A stretch of DNA of 64,000 nucleotides from Eledone cirrhosa (lineage: Eukaryota), in contig OZ024750.1 in assembly GCA_964016885.1 (NCBI GenBank), positions 186,001 to 250,000 on the forward strand. The letters run 5' to 3'. Shown piece after piece: positions 39,571 through 53,200 of the stretch. Under the pieces are notes generated by a model. It was given only the letters and a program-made list of their open reading frames with translations. It was not told the origin of the DNA and did no database searches. Position 1 is the stretch's first letter. Every line of letters begins with the position of its first letter. The translations under genes were made by a program, and so were the position numbers.

Positions 39571-39688
39571 TTTAATTTATTTATTTATTTTCTGTATGTG
39601 AAATATTTGAAAATAAATAATAATTTGTTAAAAGAAAGAGAAAGAGAAAAGAAATGAATGATTAAAAAAATATTGTGATAGAAATAAA
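39571..39688 (+). promoter_or_regulatory. AU-rich element and poly(A) signals of the putative 3'UTR
   Basis: ATTTATTTATTTA at 39575-39587; AATAAA at 39612-39617 and 39683-39688. Confidence 0.45.
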
Positions 39689-39773
39689 AGAGATTGAACA
39701 AAATATGGAAATGAAATCTGAACGAAGAAAACAAGAAAAAAAAAGACAAGACTGTACTATATATATATATGTG

Positions 39774-39810
<37 letters not shown>

Positions 39811-39840
39811 CGTTATCAACTATAGCGAAAGAATTACATA

Positions 39841-40019
39841 TACAGGTAAAATTCCGTTATAACGAATACCATTGTAACGAATTTTTCAGTATAACGAATT
39901 TTTTTCAATCCCCGGCCACATGCTCGATGTATTTCGGTCGATCTCGTTATAAAGAATTTTTCGTTATAACGAATGTTTTTAATACCCCATGAATTTTGTT
40001 ATAAGGGAATTTCACTGTA
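39841..40019. mobile_element. pogo/Tigger-like MITE
   Basis: TA-caggtaaaattccgttataac...gttataagggaatttcactg-TA. Confidence 0.75.
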
Positions 40020-41074
40020 TAGTTCATGTATTTATTTACCTGAAGAGAAAACAAGAACATTCCGAAATAACAAGTATCATTTAGAAGATAAACCTGTCAG
40101 ATGTTAAACAAGTGTATTTATTCCTTTTATCAGGTACATACATGCTCAAACTAATCTGTGTACTGTCTATTACAACTTATACATGCTCAAACTAATAACT
40201 TATACATGCTTCGTCTCTTTACGTTCTGAGTTATTGTTGGCCTCGGTGCCTAAATCAGAAACTATTTTTTACAACTTGAATTTTAGAAAATACTACAGCA
40301 TATAATATATATGCAATAAGTACTTTCATTCCCGTTTGTAAAGTCAATATCTATGTGTGTATGCCCTACCTGCACACACTGTGTGGTATGATGTGTTAGT
40401 CACTTCCTAGTTTGGGGAGCAATCAATCTGACGGATGCAACATCAATAACAGGTTTTTGCTTATGTTTGAGTTTTTTTTTCTTCTAAGAAGTGGCCGAGT
40501 TGGCTTCCACTATGTATATACGTACCTCTGTACATGCACACGCTCATATGTTTATTTTTTTGTATTTATATGTGTGTGTGTTTGTATATGTATGTATATG
40601 TAGATATATAAATGTATATACATAAACATATATATTTGTATGTGTATATATATATATATATACATACACATAAATATATATATATGTATATATACATTGA
40701 TATTAACTAAATGGAAACTATATTTATAAAACCATATTTATTCTAGTATATATATTTCAAGGGTACCAAAATTTTGGTACACTATCATCAGATAAAATAC
40801 AAAATGTTTTATAAATATATGACATCACCAAGGATAATATACCTTAACGGTTCAAATACATATATATATACATATGTGTACAATCAGTGTATATATAAGT
40901 GTTTGTATGTGTATATATTATATATCATACTATCTATGTTAATACAGAGATTATTTACTTCGTCATTTATTGTATATTATTTTTATTTATCAATTTATTT
41001 ATTCATTAACATTTATTTTTTTATCAAAATTCTATCACAACCATTCACCCCACCCCCACTTCACTCCCCACCAC

Positions 41075-41120
<46 letters not shown>

Positions 41121-42436
41121 TATATATATATATGTAATAAATGTATATATGTATATATTCATATATAATACTATATATATATATATAATATAGTATTATA
41201 TATATATATGTGTGTGTGTGTGTGTAATATTATATAGTACACGGAAGAGTCCAGCACTCCACAGATAATCACAACCAGTAGTAATATATTATTGACATTC
41301 CTTATAGTCATATTGACAGCTGATAACACTTCATTAACAAGTTGACTTTTAATTGCTACTGCAGCTTTTTTAACTTTCTGTCTTTCAAATTTCAAATTTT
41401 GTCTTTAATTTCAAAATTTCAAGTTTTCTTCCTTCTAATATATTTTATGTATGTATGTATACATATATGTATATGTATGTATATATATATATATACATAT
41501 GTATGTATACACACATACATATGTGTGTGTGTGTGTGTGTATTTATGTATGCTATTCTAATAGACGATACGTTTGAGTTATGTAACGTAAGATTCATCAT
41601 CATTGAGGATGAATACTGGTCATCTCACATCTTCATAGCAAGGACTGCATCACGAAGACGGGCCTTCCTGTTCGGGGTCAAAAAATACTGCAGCCTCCCA
41701 ATTAAAAACTCTTAACAAAGCTCATGTTCCACCCTCAATGGTGTACTGCTCCCACGTCTCATACCCACAAGTACGTCATGTGATCTGACAGTCCCACACA
41801 TCCTATAACATGGGGGTGATCACAGATGATGATGATGATATGTTTCTCTAAAACAAGGCTGTCTTATCCCCTCCTCCATCATCACATTACCCTGTATTTT
41901 TACACGCCATAACCCCCCCTTTTTTTTACAATGAGGCTGTGCTTAATGTCTTAAAATAATGTCTTTATTAAATCTGAATATTATTTTGTACAACAAACGA
42001 ATAAAATATGATATAAAACCAAACAAAATCTTTTGTCTTGTGGAATTATTGAGTTTTGAAATAAAAAATGGTAAATTTGAAGCCAGCCACTGCGAAAGTT
42101 GGTAATACAAATAAAGGAACTGCCTAGATGCGAAGTATTTGAAATTGATGTTTCATATCTGATACTTAATTTATCTAAATTAACCCGTTTGATACCAGAT
42201 TTCTACTCAAATACAACATCTATGCCATTCAAAATATTTTAAAACTAATTAAGTATTTGGAGGGATTTAGTGATATATCTAAATTTCTCATTAAGCTGGT
42301 AACTGGAACATAACATAACAAAAGTTCTTATAGAAAATTATGAAGGAAGGCTTTTTAGATGAAAATAAAATAAACAGTTTTGTATCGTAAAATCAAGGCG
42401 GTTCCGGGTGTTTTGCTGTCAAAATGGTTAACATAA

Positions 42437-42639
42437 TACGAGGGTCGGCTGAAAAGTTCATATGCAGATTATGAAGGAATGATGCTAGAGCTGTAAAATC
42501 TTGCATGCATTACTTTCAACTCATCTTTTTAATAACTGCATTGTTTCTTTCCATAGACTATGTTAAAAAAATAAACCTCATTTGGTCATTCCATGAGAGT
42601 ATATTGGTCAGCATATACATTTTTCAACCATCTCTCGTA
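42437..42639. mobile_element. Mariner-type MITE
   Basis: TA-cgagggtcggctgaaaagttc...caaccatctctcg-TA; family of 4423-4623. Confidence 0.8.
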
Positions 42640-43718
42640 AAATACTTGTTCGATTTTCGAAAGAAATTAATATGACATTGCCTGAGAATGCATTCTTTTA
42701 AATAATAAAACAGATTAAACTAAAATATTCCAGTTAGGAACTGAGGAAATCGCATGAATATAGGAAAATCGCATGAACTGAGGAAATCGCATGAATATAA
42801 GAAAAGGTCACATTGCAAAAGGTAGTTCTACAAACTCATTAAAAAGATGGAATGATTACAGCTGAAATGTCTTTGATCATGGAGGTAATCCATCAGCACC
42901 GGCATCTAGAAAACTGGTAGTCTTTGTAATGGCCACAACATAGAATGGGACGGACCTCCGTCGGTTTCAACGTTTGGAATTGTTTGATCATTGAAACAGC
43001 CAAATTGGGAAACTAACTTGCATGGCTGAACATTCCACAAACACGTGTACTGTTATGTAGATTCAGTGTGACAAAACTGGCCTCTTTCAATTACATATAC
43101 AGTTCGATTGATGGCTTCCAAATAGTTTCCGTTTACCGAAGTTCATTCGAAAAGCTTAGGTCGATCCAAAACATTTGCCCAAAAGGCCATGCAATGAGAT
43201 CGAACTTAGGGCCATATGGTTGCGAAGTGAACTTCTTAACCAGGCCATGTTGTGTCCTCAACACCCAATAAATTATTCTAAATGAATAAAGAAGAATACA
43301 ATTACAGAAATCTTGGTATTTTCAAGAAAGTTTATTGTGAAAAAATAATTTAGACTTTTTACCAACTGCTTTCTCGAAAAGTCGACGAAATGGCAAAAAC
43401 GTTATTTCAGACTCTTTGCGTTCTAAGTCGAAGACAAAGCTGACATTACCTTTTATCATTCGATAAAATAAAATACCAGTCCAGGGCGATAGATTGGTAG
43501 AATTGTTAAGGTGTTCAGATGCCTTGTAATATTTGTTACAGCTTTTTGCACTCAAATCCCACCATGGCACATTTAGATATAGACTTAATCCGCCACTTAA
43601 TTTAACAACCCGGGCACCAGTGAAATATACTGTATATAGTAAGTTGAAATAGTAAACACGGTTTGGTGAGCTCGTAGTCTCTTGTACATCATCTGCCGTT
43701 AGACAGATCGTTCGATCG

Positions 43719-43752
<34 letters not shown>

Positions 43753-43784
43753 GTGGACAAACACATATATAAAGATAGATATGT

Positions 43785-44757
43785 TTCTTTTATTTGCCAC
43801 CAGGGCATCAAAAGTGGGACAAGTACAATGGGGGGGGGGGGTTTACAAAACAAGGCGTCCTCAATAAGGAGGCGGCAATAACAAAATATAAAAATAAAAT
43901 AAAATATAACAGAATAAAATATATAACAAAATCCTCAATAGAGAGGAGGCGCCTTGGGGGGTCGCACCCCCACCCCCCGAAAAAAGTGTGCAACCCTTTT
44001 CCTCAGGAGCACAGAGAAGGGGCGCTCCCTTGGTCTTTCATCTTCCTCACCTATAGTCTGATGTAGAGTGAAGGCCCATTCACACGGGCCATTCTCGCCA
44101 CTTTCACCCATCTTTCATAAAAACGGCTGGGGTGCAGCACCTCTCTCTCCATCCTGATCCTTCTTCCGAAATGATATCGGAAGAAACGAACCAGTTGTTG
44201 GCCAGAGAGAAAGGTGTCTGACCTCAGTCCTTTCAGACGCGTCCACCATACAACCTCTTTCGCCATGGCTATTACGCACAGAAACACCGCCTCTCCTTCG
44301 TTTTTGAAGAGGGGAGGCGGCTTGATCGTTACAATAGACTCGGTGGTCAACCGGATCGGTCCCACCCTTGACAGCAGTTGTTCGACATAGCCCCACAGAT
44401 CAGCAATGCCCGAGCAGTGTACCAATGCATCGCACACGCATCTGGGACAGATCTTTTTCGAGGGGTCCCTACCCGGGCGCCCGTGTCTGTAGAGCCTTTC
44501 TCGAACGGGCAGAGCCCTTCTGTAGCACTGCCAGGCCAGGGACCTCTGGAAGTTATCCATGGGTCCCGGGCTGAATGTCCTACCGAACAGGTTGGCCAGT
44601 TCGTCTTCCTCCATGCCTAGGGCTTCTCCGAGGGCGTCGTCGCACCTGCTAACCACCAGCCCTCTATAGAATGACGAGGTGGATTCTCCACTGACAGCCG
44701 GGTCCGCCTGCCAGAGAGCCGTGAGCGCCTGGGCACACTCGGTGTGCCAGGCGCCCA
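43785..44757 (-). mobile_element. Tx1/L1-like LINE 3' fragment (ORF2 C-terminus with a zf-RVT-like motif)
   Basis: LAWQCYRRALPVRERL..CPRC..ALVHC..LW; GC-rich; followed by a 3'UTR. Confidence 0.75.
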
Positions 44758-44759
44758 GT

Positions 44760-45642
44760 TAGAGAAGATAGAGAAGATAGATAGATAGATAGGTAGGTAG
44801 GTAGGTGGGTAGGTAGGTGGATAGGTAGATAGGTGGGTAGGTGGGTAGGGTAGATAGGTGGGTGGGTAGGTAGGTAGGTGGGTAGATAGGTGGGTAGGTA
44901 GGTAGGTAGATAGGTGAGTAGGTAGGTGGGTAGAAGTATAGGTGGGTAGATAGGTGGGTAGGTAGGTAGGTAGGTAGGTAGGTAGATAGGTGGGTGGGTA
45001 GGTGGGTAGGTAGATAGATAGATAGGTGGGTGGGTAGGTAGGTAGGTAGATAGGTAGGTAGGTAGATAGGTGGGTAGGTAGATAGGTAGGTAGGTAGGTA
45101 GGTAGGTAGGTAGGTAGGTAGGTGGGTGGGTGGGTAGCTAGATAGGTAGATAGGTGGGTAGGTAGGTAGGTAGATAGGTAGGTAGGTAGATAGGTGGGTA
45201 GATAGGTAGGTAGGTAGGTAGGTAGATAGGTAGGTAGATAGGTAGGTAGGTAGGTAGGTAGATAGGTGGGTAGGTAGATAGGTAGGTAGGTAGGTGGGTA
45301 GGTAGGTGGGTGGGTAGGTGGGTAGGTAGATAGGTGGGTAGGTAGGTGGGTAGGAGGGTGGGTAGGTAGGTAGGTAGATAGGTAGGTGGGTAGGTAGCTG
45401 GGTAGGTAGGTATGTAGGTGGGTAGGTAGGTAGGTAGATAGGTGGGTATGTAGGTGGGTAGGTAGGTGGGTAGATAGGTAGGTGGGTAGGTAGGTAGGTA
45501 GGTAGGTGGGTAGATAGGTGGGTAGGTAGGTAGGTAGGTAGGTGGGTGGGTAGGTAGATAGATAGGTAGATAGGTGGGTGGGTGGGTAGGTAGGTAGGTA
45601 GGTAGGTAGGTGGGTGGGTAGGTAGGTAGGTGGGTAGGTAGA
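44760..45642. repeat. (GGTA/GGTG/GATA)n tetranucleotide satellite, about 880 bp
   Basis: Direct inspection; source of the PTYL ORFs. Confidence 0.95.
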
Positions 45643-45937
45643 CCAATGGTTACAATAGAATATTTAACAGAACTTTGAAATTTCACATATGGGAGAAAAA
45701 TATTTACCCACATACACACAAATATTCACACCCACGTACACACACACACATAAACATACACGTACACACACATTCAGATACACACAAATATACACATCTA
45801 CGTACACACATACCTTTATGGTTATTCCAAATTATTCTTTGGATGCGGTTAACTTTGCTAATTAATTACGGTGACGTTGGTATCCATGGGAACTGGAATT
45901 GTGACGTCAATCTAAACCTAAATTAATCATTAAAGAG

Positions 45938-46547
45938 AATAATTTTTTCTACTTTTGACACAAGGCCAGCAATTACTCAGTGTATTACTGGTACTTTATA
46001 TTATCGACTCCGTAAGGATGAAAGACAAAGTTAACCTCGGCGGGATTTGAACTCAGATTGGAAAGGGCCGTAACTCTATGCGTCAAAGCATGGCGTCCGA
46101 CCCTCTACTGATATTGCCAATAATAATTGTTTCTACGTTAGGCACAAGGCCAGCAATTACCCAGTGCATTACTGGTACTTTATTTTATCGACCCCGTAAG
46201 GATGAAAGACAAAGTCAACCTCGGCATAAATAAATATTATAATAATTGTTTCTACTTTTGGCACAAGGCCAGCAATTAACCAGTGTATTACTGGTACTTT
46301 ATTTTATCGACCCCATAAGGACGAAAGGCAAAGTTAACCTCGGCGGGATTTGAACTCAGAATGACAAGGGCCGTAACTCTATGCGTCAAAGCATGACGTC
46401 CGACCCTCTACCGATACTGCCAATCCACCGCCCTATAAATATAATAATTGTTTCTACTTTTGGCACAAGGCCAGCAATAACTCAGTGTATTACTGGTACT
46501 TTATTTTATCGACCCTGTAAGGATGAAAGGCAAAGTTAACCTCAGCA
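45938..46547 (-). mobile_element. Tandem cluster of four SINE copies (long-short-long-short)
   Basis: Units start at about 45938, 46121, 46240 and 46441, each with ttctact..cacaaggccagcaa. Confidence 0.85.
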
Positions 46548-46659
46548 ATGATCTCTAATAATAATAAGAAGAATGGTGATGGAGATGATGATGATAAGAA
46601 GAATGGTGTTGGAAGAAAGGCCGAGAATAATAGAAACATTCTTTAGTTTTTCTTTGAAT

Positions 46660-46867
46660 TCTAACTACACGGTGACCGGACAGTCTAACATTATAGCTAC
46701 GCGGTGACAACACAGTCTAACTACACGGTGACCGGACAGTCTAACATTATAGCTACACGGTGACTGGACAGTCTAACTACACGGTGACCGGACAGTCTAA
46801 CCTTATAGCTACACGGTGACCAGACAGTTAAATATTATAACTACGCGGTGACCGGACAGTTAAATAT
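46660..46867. repeat. Minisatellite (ctacacggtgaccggacagtctaa with or without cattatag) x 7
   Basis: Direct inspection. Confidence 0.85.
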
Positions 46868-47139
46868 TTATATATTTCCAAATGATATTTACTAAAATTC
46901 TGATCATACCCTGCGAAATTATAAATACATCAAACAATAGTTTTTAAAATATATAATTATGGCTGATCACACTCAAATAGATGGACGGTCAAAAGGTTAT
47001 CTATGAACCTTGCAATAAAAATACATTGACATCCTGGTTACTCACCCTGAAATAATGTCGAGTGTTACTGCAATTTCTCAGTAAAACCATAACCAAGACT
47101 CTTTATTATCTAATTTACTGTCAGCTGTGATTATTTTAA

Positions 47140-47362
47140 CGTGCAGTTGAGCCCTGCTTCTGCAGTGATCCCTGTTTGTGTAATTGATCCTTGTTTGTGT
47201 AGTTGATCCCTGCTTGTGCAGTTATTCTCTGCTTGTACAGTTGACCCCTACATGTGTAATTGACCTCTACTTGTACAGTTGACCGCCGTGTGTGCAGTTA
47301 ACTCCTGCTTGTACAGTTGATCTCTGGTTCTGCAGTTGACTCCTGCTTGTGCAGTTGATCTC
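47140..47362. repeat. Degenerate ~19-bp minisatellite (gcagttgatccctgcttgt)
   Basis: Direct inspection; short related array at about 14600-14662. Confidence 0.8.
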
Positions 47363-47369
47363 TATACAT

Positions 47370-47570
47370 ATATCAAATTTAATATTGAAATGTCTTCTAC
47401 AGGACTAGAACTGTTTCATTCAAAAGAAATCATCAGGGCTTCGCTGGTGATTTCTTTTGAAAGAAAGTTCTAGTTCTGTAAAACCCATTTCTATATTAAA
47501 CTTGATGTTTCCACTCTACTAATATATTGAGTACCTTACTAACTGTGGTTACCTCCGATTGAACCCGGGA
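47370..47570. mobile_element. Penelope-like terminus with a palindrome
   Basis: Homolog of 32078-32265 in the opposite orientation. Confidence 0.6.
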
Positions 47571-47611
47571 CTCTCTCTCTCTCATACACACACACACATC
47601 TATATATGTAT

Positions 47612-47665
<54 letters not shown>

Positions 47666-47711
47666 ACATTTACATATATATACATATATACATACATAGA
47701 TATATACATAT

Positions 47712-47798
<87 letters not shown>

Positions 47799-47817
47799 CA
47801 TACTTATATATATATAC

Positions 47818-48427
47818 ATGGTGGCTGCCAACTCGTTTTCGAGTACGGCCACTACTTTATATCCATGTAGGAGAACCCCTACCGATGCGCTGAACGAGTG
47901 TGACTTTTTAGTCCAGCCAGCGACTTGAAAACTCTGGTACAAACACTACACTTGTGACAATTATTGACACATAGTGCTGGGCCCATGGTACCATGTGACG
48001 ACAAGGGCAAAGAGATCTCCAGATATAAAGCAATGCCTGTGCCGTGAAGCTTTTATAGTGAGCAAAGACACTGCACAAAGCCAGTCCCACTCTCTTAACC
48101 AAGATGATATTTACCAAAAAGAAGAACAAGTCAACATCATTGGATACCATCAGGGTTGCAGGTGTTATATCAGAGTTTTCCTTCTCCTAGAATTCTGCCT
48201 TGACAAAGGCTAAGGGGTCATCTCTCCCGGTGATTTTGGATGGCCATTGACTCTTAAGAGCTCCTTTGCCCTTTGACAGGTTTTGTTTTTAGTCCTGCAG
48301 GATGTCCAAAGTCACCCTCCTCACCAAGAAACCTTGGTGGGGTTGCCAGTTTAGCCGCCAACAACCCGACCATGAGACAGGTTGTACTGGGATACATGTT
48401 ACCAGTAGCACCAACTGGTGACCTGAC
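47818..48427 (-). mobile_element. Full-length (~610 bp) non-autonomous RTE-related retroelement
   Basis: 3' end resembles the RTE LINE tail plus (TATG)n; four other near-identical partial copies, including 58045-58455 (+). Confidence 0.75.
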
Positions 48428-48525
48428 ATATATATATACATACATACATATACATGGTGGCTGCCAACTCGTTTTCGAGTACGGCCACTACTTTATATCC
48501 AACTGGTGACCATATATATACATAC

Positions 48526-48562
<37 letters not shown>

Positions 48563-48591
48563 CATACATATATACATACATATATATACAT

Positions 48592-48637
<46 letters not shown>

Positions 48638-48779
48638 CTGTATGGTGGTCACTACTTCATATGTAGTAATTTTGACCTAAATCTGTATTTATTCCACTAT
48701 TACTACAACAGTAAAAGCTAAACAAAAGAGAAAGCCCAACGAAACATTATATTGTAATTATCACACTATACGTTACACT

Positions 48780-49290
48780 AATCTACCAGGCCGTCGTTCG
48801 CACTATCCTCCTCTGTGGCTGTGAAACATGGCCCATGAGGGTAGTCGATCAACGAGGGCTGGAGGTCTTCGACAATGACTGTCTCCGCCGCATTCTTCGC
48901 TGCCGACGCGTTGATCGGGTACCTACCACCAGTCTTCGTCTTCGCCTGAATCTTCGAACCCTTCCTTCAGTGCTTCTGCAACGGCGCTTGAGATGGTTTG
49001 GTCACGCAGCCCGGCGCCCTGAGGGTGAGCTGATCCGCGATGTTCTCCTCCCACATCCACTCCCTAACTGGCGCAAGCGCGTTGGCGGGCAGCTGAAGAC
49101 CTGGGCAACGACGAACTCTCAGGTCCGCAGATGGTCGGCCTGCGCCGATGGAACCGTGACTGGCTCGCTATCTCCAGTGACCTAGCCCGGAACCGTCGTG
49201 CGTGGGCTACCATGGTTCGGGATGCCGTCAGGACAAGGGAAGAAGCCGGCTCAACCCGTCCAGGGTGAATGTCGACACAAGTACAAGTAA
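48780..49290 (+). mobile_element. RTE LINE 3' fragment (third family)
   Basis: IYQAVVRTILLCGCETW..FDNDCLRRIL..RRLRWFGH; (CAAGTA)2 tail. Confidence 0.85.
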
Positions 49291-49683
49291 ATATGTTACA
49301 CTAGATTACTCGAATATCTGTCTATCTCTTTGAAATATATACATTAATTTAGTGCTAGGCTTTAAAACACAACCATTACATCTGGCTATGTTTTTTCGTT
49401 CGTACAATTTAGCATAGTAGTTTCTTTATTCTTTTGTTTTTGTTCCAATCACACTAATTGTCATGGCACACTTCTTTCCATAGTCTTTTGTTTCAGTCAC
49501 GTGATGTGGCTATTATTTAGTTACCGTCGTAAAAAAAAAGAATGTTGGCTACGTAGAAAAATCATTAAGCCATACATTTGGAGTCCTTCTAGGCACAAGC
49601 ATAACAACCTATTAAAAAAAGTTTTGTTGTTGTTGTTTTTAGATGTTTGTTTTTGTTGTTTATGAAAAATAAAGTTTTGTTTG

Positions 49684-49903
49684 TGCGAGGGTCGACTGAA
49701 AAAGTTCTTATGCTAAAACGTTTATAGGCTGACCAAGATACTCTCATGGAATTATCAAATGTCATCTATTTTTCAACACAATCCTTGGAAATAAACAATG
49801 CAGTTATTAATAAAAAGAATTGAAATTAATGTATGCAAGATTTCACAGCTCTAGCATCAATCCTTCATAGTTAGCCGATGAACTTTGCAGCTCTTCCCTC
49901 GTA
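49684..49903. mobile_element. Mariner-type MITE
   Basis: Family of 4423-4623. Confidence 0.75.
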
Positions 49904-50269
49904 TTAAACAAAATATCAAAGTTGATTTCGGTTTGTGTATGGTGTATAAATGTATGCGTGTGGGTATGTATGTGTATGTATGTATGTACGTATGTATGTT
50001 CTTCTGGTTTTATAATTTCACAAATTTTTCCCAATAGAGAGAGAGTCGGTTTCTAACAGACACAAGACTCTCTCATTGGAATTTACACATCAACTAGGTA
50101 GATATGTATGTATGCATGTGTAGATATGGATGTCATTGTATGTGTGGATGTGGATGTTTTGAGTTGTATGTGTGCATGTGTACATGCTTTGTATCTGTAC
50201 ATGTGTATATGCAGTTATTAGATGCAAAGTTTTTAGAATGTTTTACATATTTTTACTGTTCCATTAATG

Positions 50270-53200
50270 GATTATACTTGTAATTTCCTAACTAGTTGTG
50301 TTCTTTCTGTTCCTGTGAAGCCTAGTTTCTTAAGATTTGTATTGAGGCAGTTACTAACATATCTCAGTGCCCCAATAATCACAGGCATAAATCTGAAGGT
50401 GTAATCAGGGTGGAGTATCTGCAGATTTCTCATCAGTTTTGCATAAATATTCTTCTTTGATATTATATTGGCATCTGCTGGGCAGCTAATTTCCACTACT
50501 GTGCATGTTTTCTTCTCCCTGTCCCATATCATAATATCTGGTCTGTTATGCCTGCATTTTATTGGGGTTTTTACTGGAACATTCTACCAGTACTCTTTCA
50601 TATTATGTACATGGATGTCTTCCACATTGCTGCAACTTTTAATGTGTTTATTATCGGAGCTTTCTTTTTTTACGAACTGCATTGTACAGTGTTTGGGCCA
50701 CTACATCATGCCTCATAGGTAGATAGTACCGCGAGGACATCTTTGGACAGCTGCTGATGACATGGGTGATATCCTCGATGTTAGTTCTGCAGAGTCTGCA
50801 CTTGTTATCACATCTAGGTGTTTTGCCTGCATCCCTATCTCTTTTGTGAATCAGGTATTTCGTGCTAATCTCCTGTTCTTGGATTGCAAAAGCGTATCCT
50901 TCAAAGTAGGAGCCAATATAGCGGTTGTTGGTCCAAGATAGACTACTTTCCTTATCTATATTACTCTCACTCTGGAGCTTCCTGGCAACATATCCATGCA
51001 TGATTTTTTGCTGATAAGCATGCAGTTTTTCATCCATGGATTCACTGCGATACTGCTGAGCGACTTCCCTGGGTGTAAGTTTTTGATTACCACACAGGGA
51101 ATATCTCTCGAGGAGTTCCTTCACAACTCTCATGATCTTATCTGTTTCATGCAGATAGACTTGCTCGAGAGACGGGCTCCTACGCTTCGAGGTTCGTAGA
51201 TGTTGTCGGGGAGATATGATGCGACATTCAAATGCTGTCTGGACTGATGTTAGGCCTCTGCCTCTCTGCTTACGTTTCAAGTAAAGGCGGTCTATGTTAC
51301 TGTTGATGTGGAAGTTTCCGGTGTTATTTAGTAGTTTTCGAGTTCCAACATCAACTGCTCGGATTTCGTTTATCATGCAATAGAGTATTCCAAACGTTGG
51401 TGTTAGGACAGACACAGCAAACACATTGTGAGCCATTGTTTTGTTTTGCGCAGAGAGTTCCGATGACCAGATCTTTCTTAATCGGGTATAGTATTCCCTG
51501 GTTACGCGTTCCTTATTACAGATACCATTATAGGATATGTTCTCATCTTTCCCCAGGTATCTGTAGCAGTCCTCATCAGATATCGGTGAAACAGTTAGGC
51601 CATTGATGACAATGTTGCTAGATTGGGTTGTTGTTTTACCGCGCTTTACAGTCATGAATGAGCATTTATCTTGGCCAAACTCCATTCCTGTATCCTTTGA
51701 GAACGTTGTAACTAGGTCAAGATTTTTCTTCATCCCATCCATGTTCTTGGCATAGAGTTTCAGATCGTCCACAAAGAAATTATGGGTTAGGTTCGTATTT
51801 CTGTCCTCCTGTGAGCCAATGATGTATCCCTCACATTTCTTGAGCAGAAAGGACAAGGGGTTTAATGACAAGATGAATAATATCACAGAGAGACTGTCCC
51901 GCTGAAATATACCCTTGCGATATTTTATTTTATCAGTGAAAATAGAGTCCTCCCTCTCTGTCTTTAACCTTAGGATAGTAGCCCAAGAAGAAGACAACCT
52001 CTCTATGGCTCTGACAATAATGTCTGGGACTTTAGCAAGTTGGAGGGCCTATATCATCCAAGAGTGGGGAACAGAATCGAAAGCTTTCCTGTAGTCCAGC
52101 CAGACTGTAGCCATATTCCTCCTAAGTTGTCGCACCTCCGACATCGCAGTTTTGTTGATTAGGAGTTGTTCAGCACATCCCCAAACCCCTTTCTTTCCAG
52201 CTGCTTGTTCATATGTGATGATGTTATTATTTTCATAGTGATCTTGGGGGAATAGGTTCAGGCAGGGTGTATACATCTTATACATCAGGTTCTGGCATGC
52301 AATGGGTCGGTATTTTTTTTGCCAAGTGGGTGTCTTTGTTCTTGGGGACCAGTAATGTTTGTGTTAATGTCAACCATTCTGGTATAAGTGTATCTCCCTT
52401 AAGAACTTATTGGTCGAGGTCAGTAAGATGTCTCCGATAGAATATCATTTTTTTGTACCAGTAGCCAACAATCATCTCTCTTCCTGGTGTTTTCTTATCT
52501 TGGAGTTTTCCTATCACAGTCTCAAGGGTACCCTCACTTATTTCGTATGTTTTTGTTGTAGTGTAGGAGCGCGGATTTCTCTTAGCCACACTGCATCTTG
52601 GTTGAAATTCTTCTTTTCACCCCATATTTTGCTCCAAAAGGAATCCATGTCTTTCTGGGATGGGGCTTCAGTGACACTTATTATTTTGCCCTTCATATCT
52701 CTATAGACTGATGTTTGGTTTCGTCTGAATCTTTTATTAAGCACTTTTCTCTCATCTACCTTCTTCAGGTATCGGCGTTTTTCGCTAACAGCTCTCAATT
52801 CTTGTGATCAGCTTATATTGAAGAGTTCTGGTTCTACTGTTACCAAACATCGTCTCTATTTTATTGTTCACTCTTTGTTGGTGAGGAGTGAGGTTTTTTT
52901 GTGTTTGTTTGCATGTAAGGAGCATTGTCACATATCCTATGGTTTTTCGTAGGTCAGCAATCTTTTTTTCTATTTTAGTTATATATGATGGTATTTTTGG
53001 TGGTGTTCTGTTCTTGTTAATATCTTTGCTATCACCAAGATAATGCTTCACTGTCGTTGCTAAGGCATATAAACAGGCGTTGATTTGCCAAAATGTTGGG
53101 GTTTTTATCCGTCGTAAATATTCATCCCCTATTTCATCAATAACACGTAATATTTCATTATTTGGTTTTTTATTAAACATTGTCGTTTTAATACGTTCAA

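Noticed and set aside
44759-45719. Long PTYL-repeat ORFs
   Set aside because: Translation of a (GGTA)n satellite
45902-45909. Isolated CRE palindromes (also 6896-6903)
   Set aside because: No adjacent core promoter or ORF; compatible with chance
48330-48427. HDV-like ribozyme at the 5' end of the RTE-related element
   Set aside because: A ggcTAAactgg / ccagt pairing is suggestive, but I could not build P1/P3 by eye; needs a descriptor search
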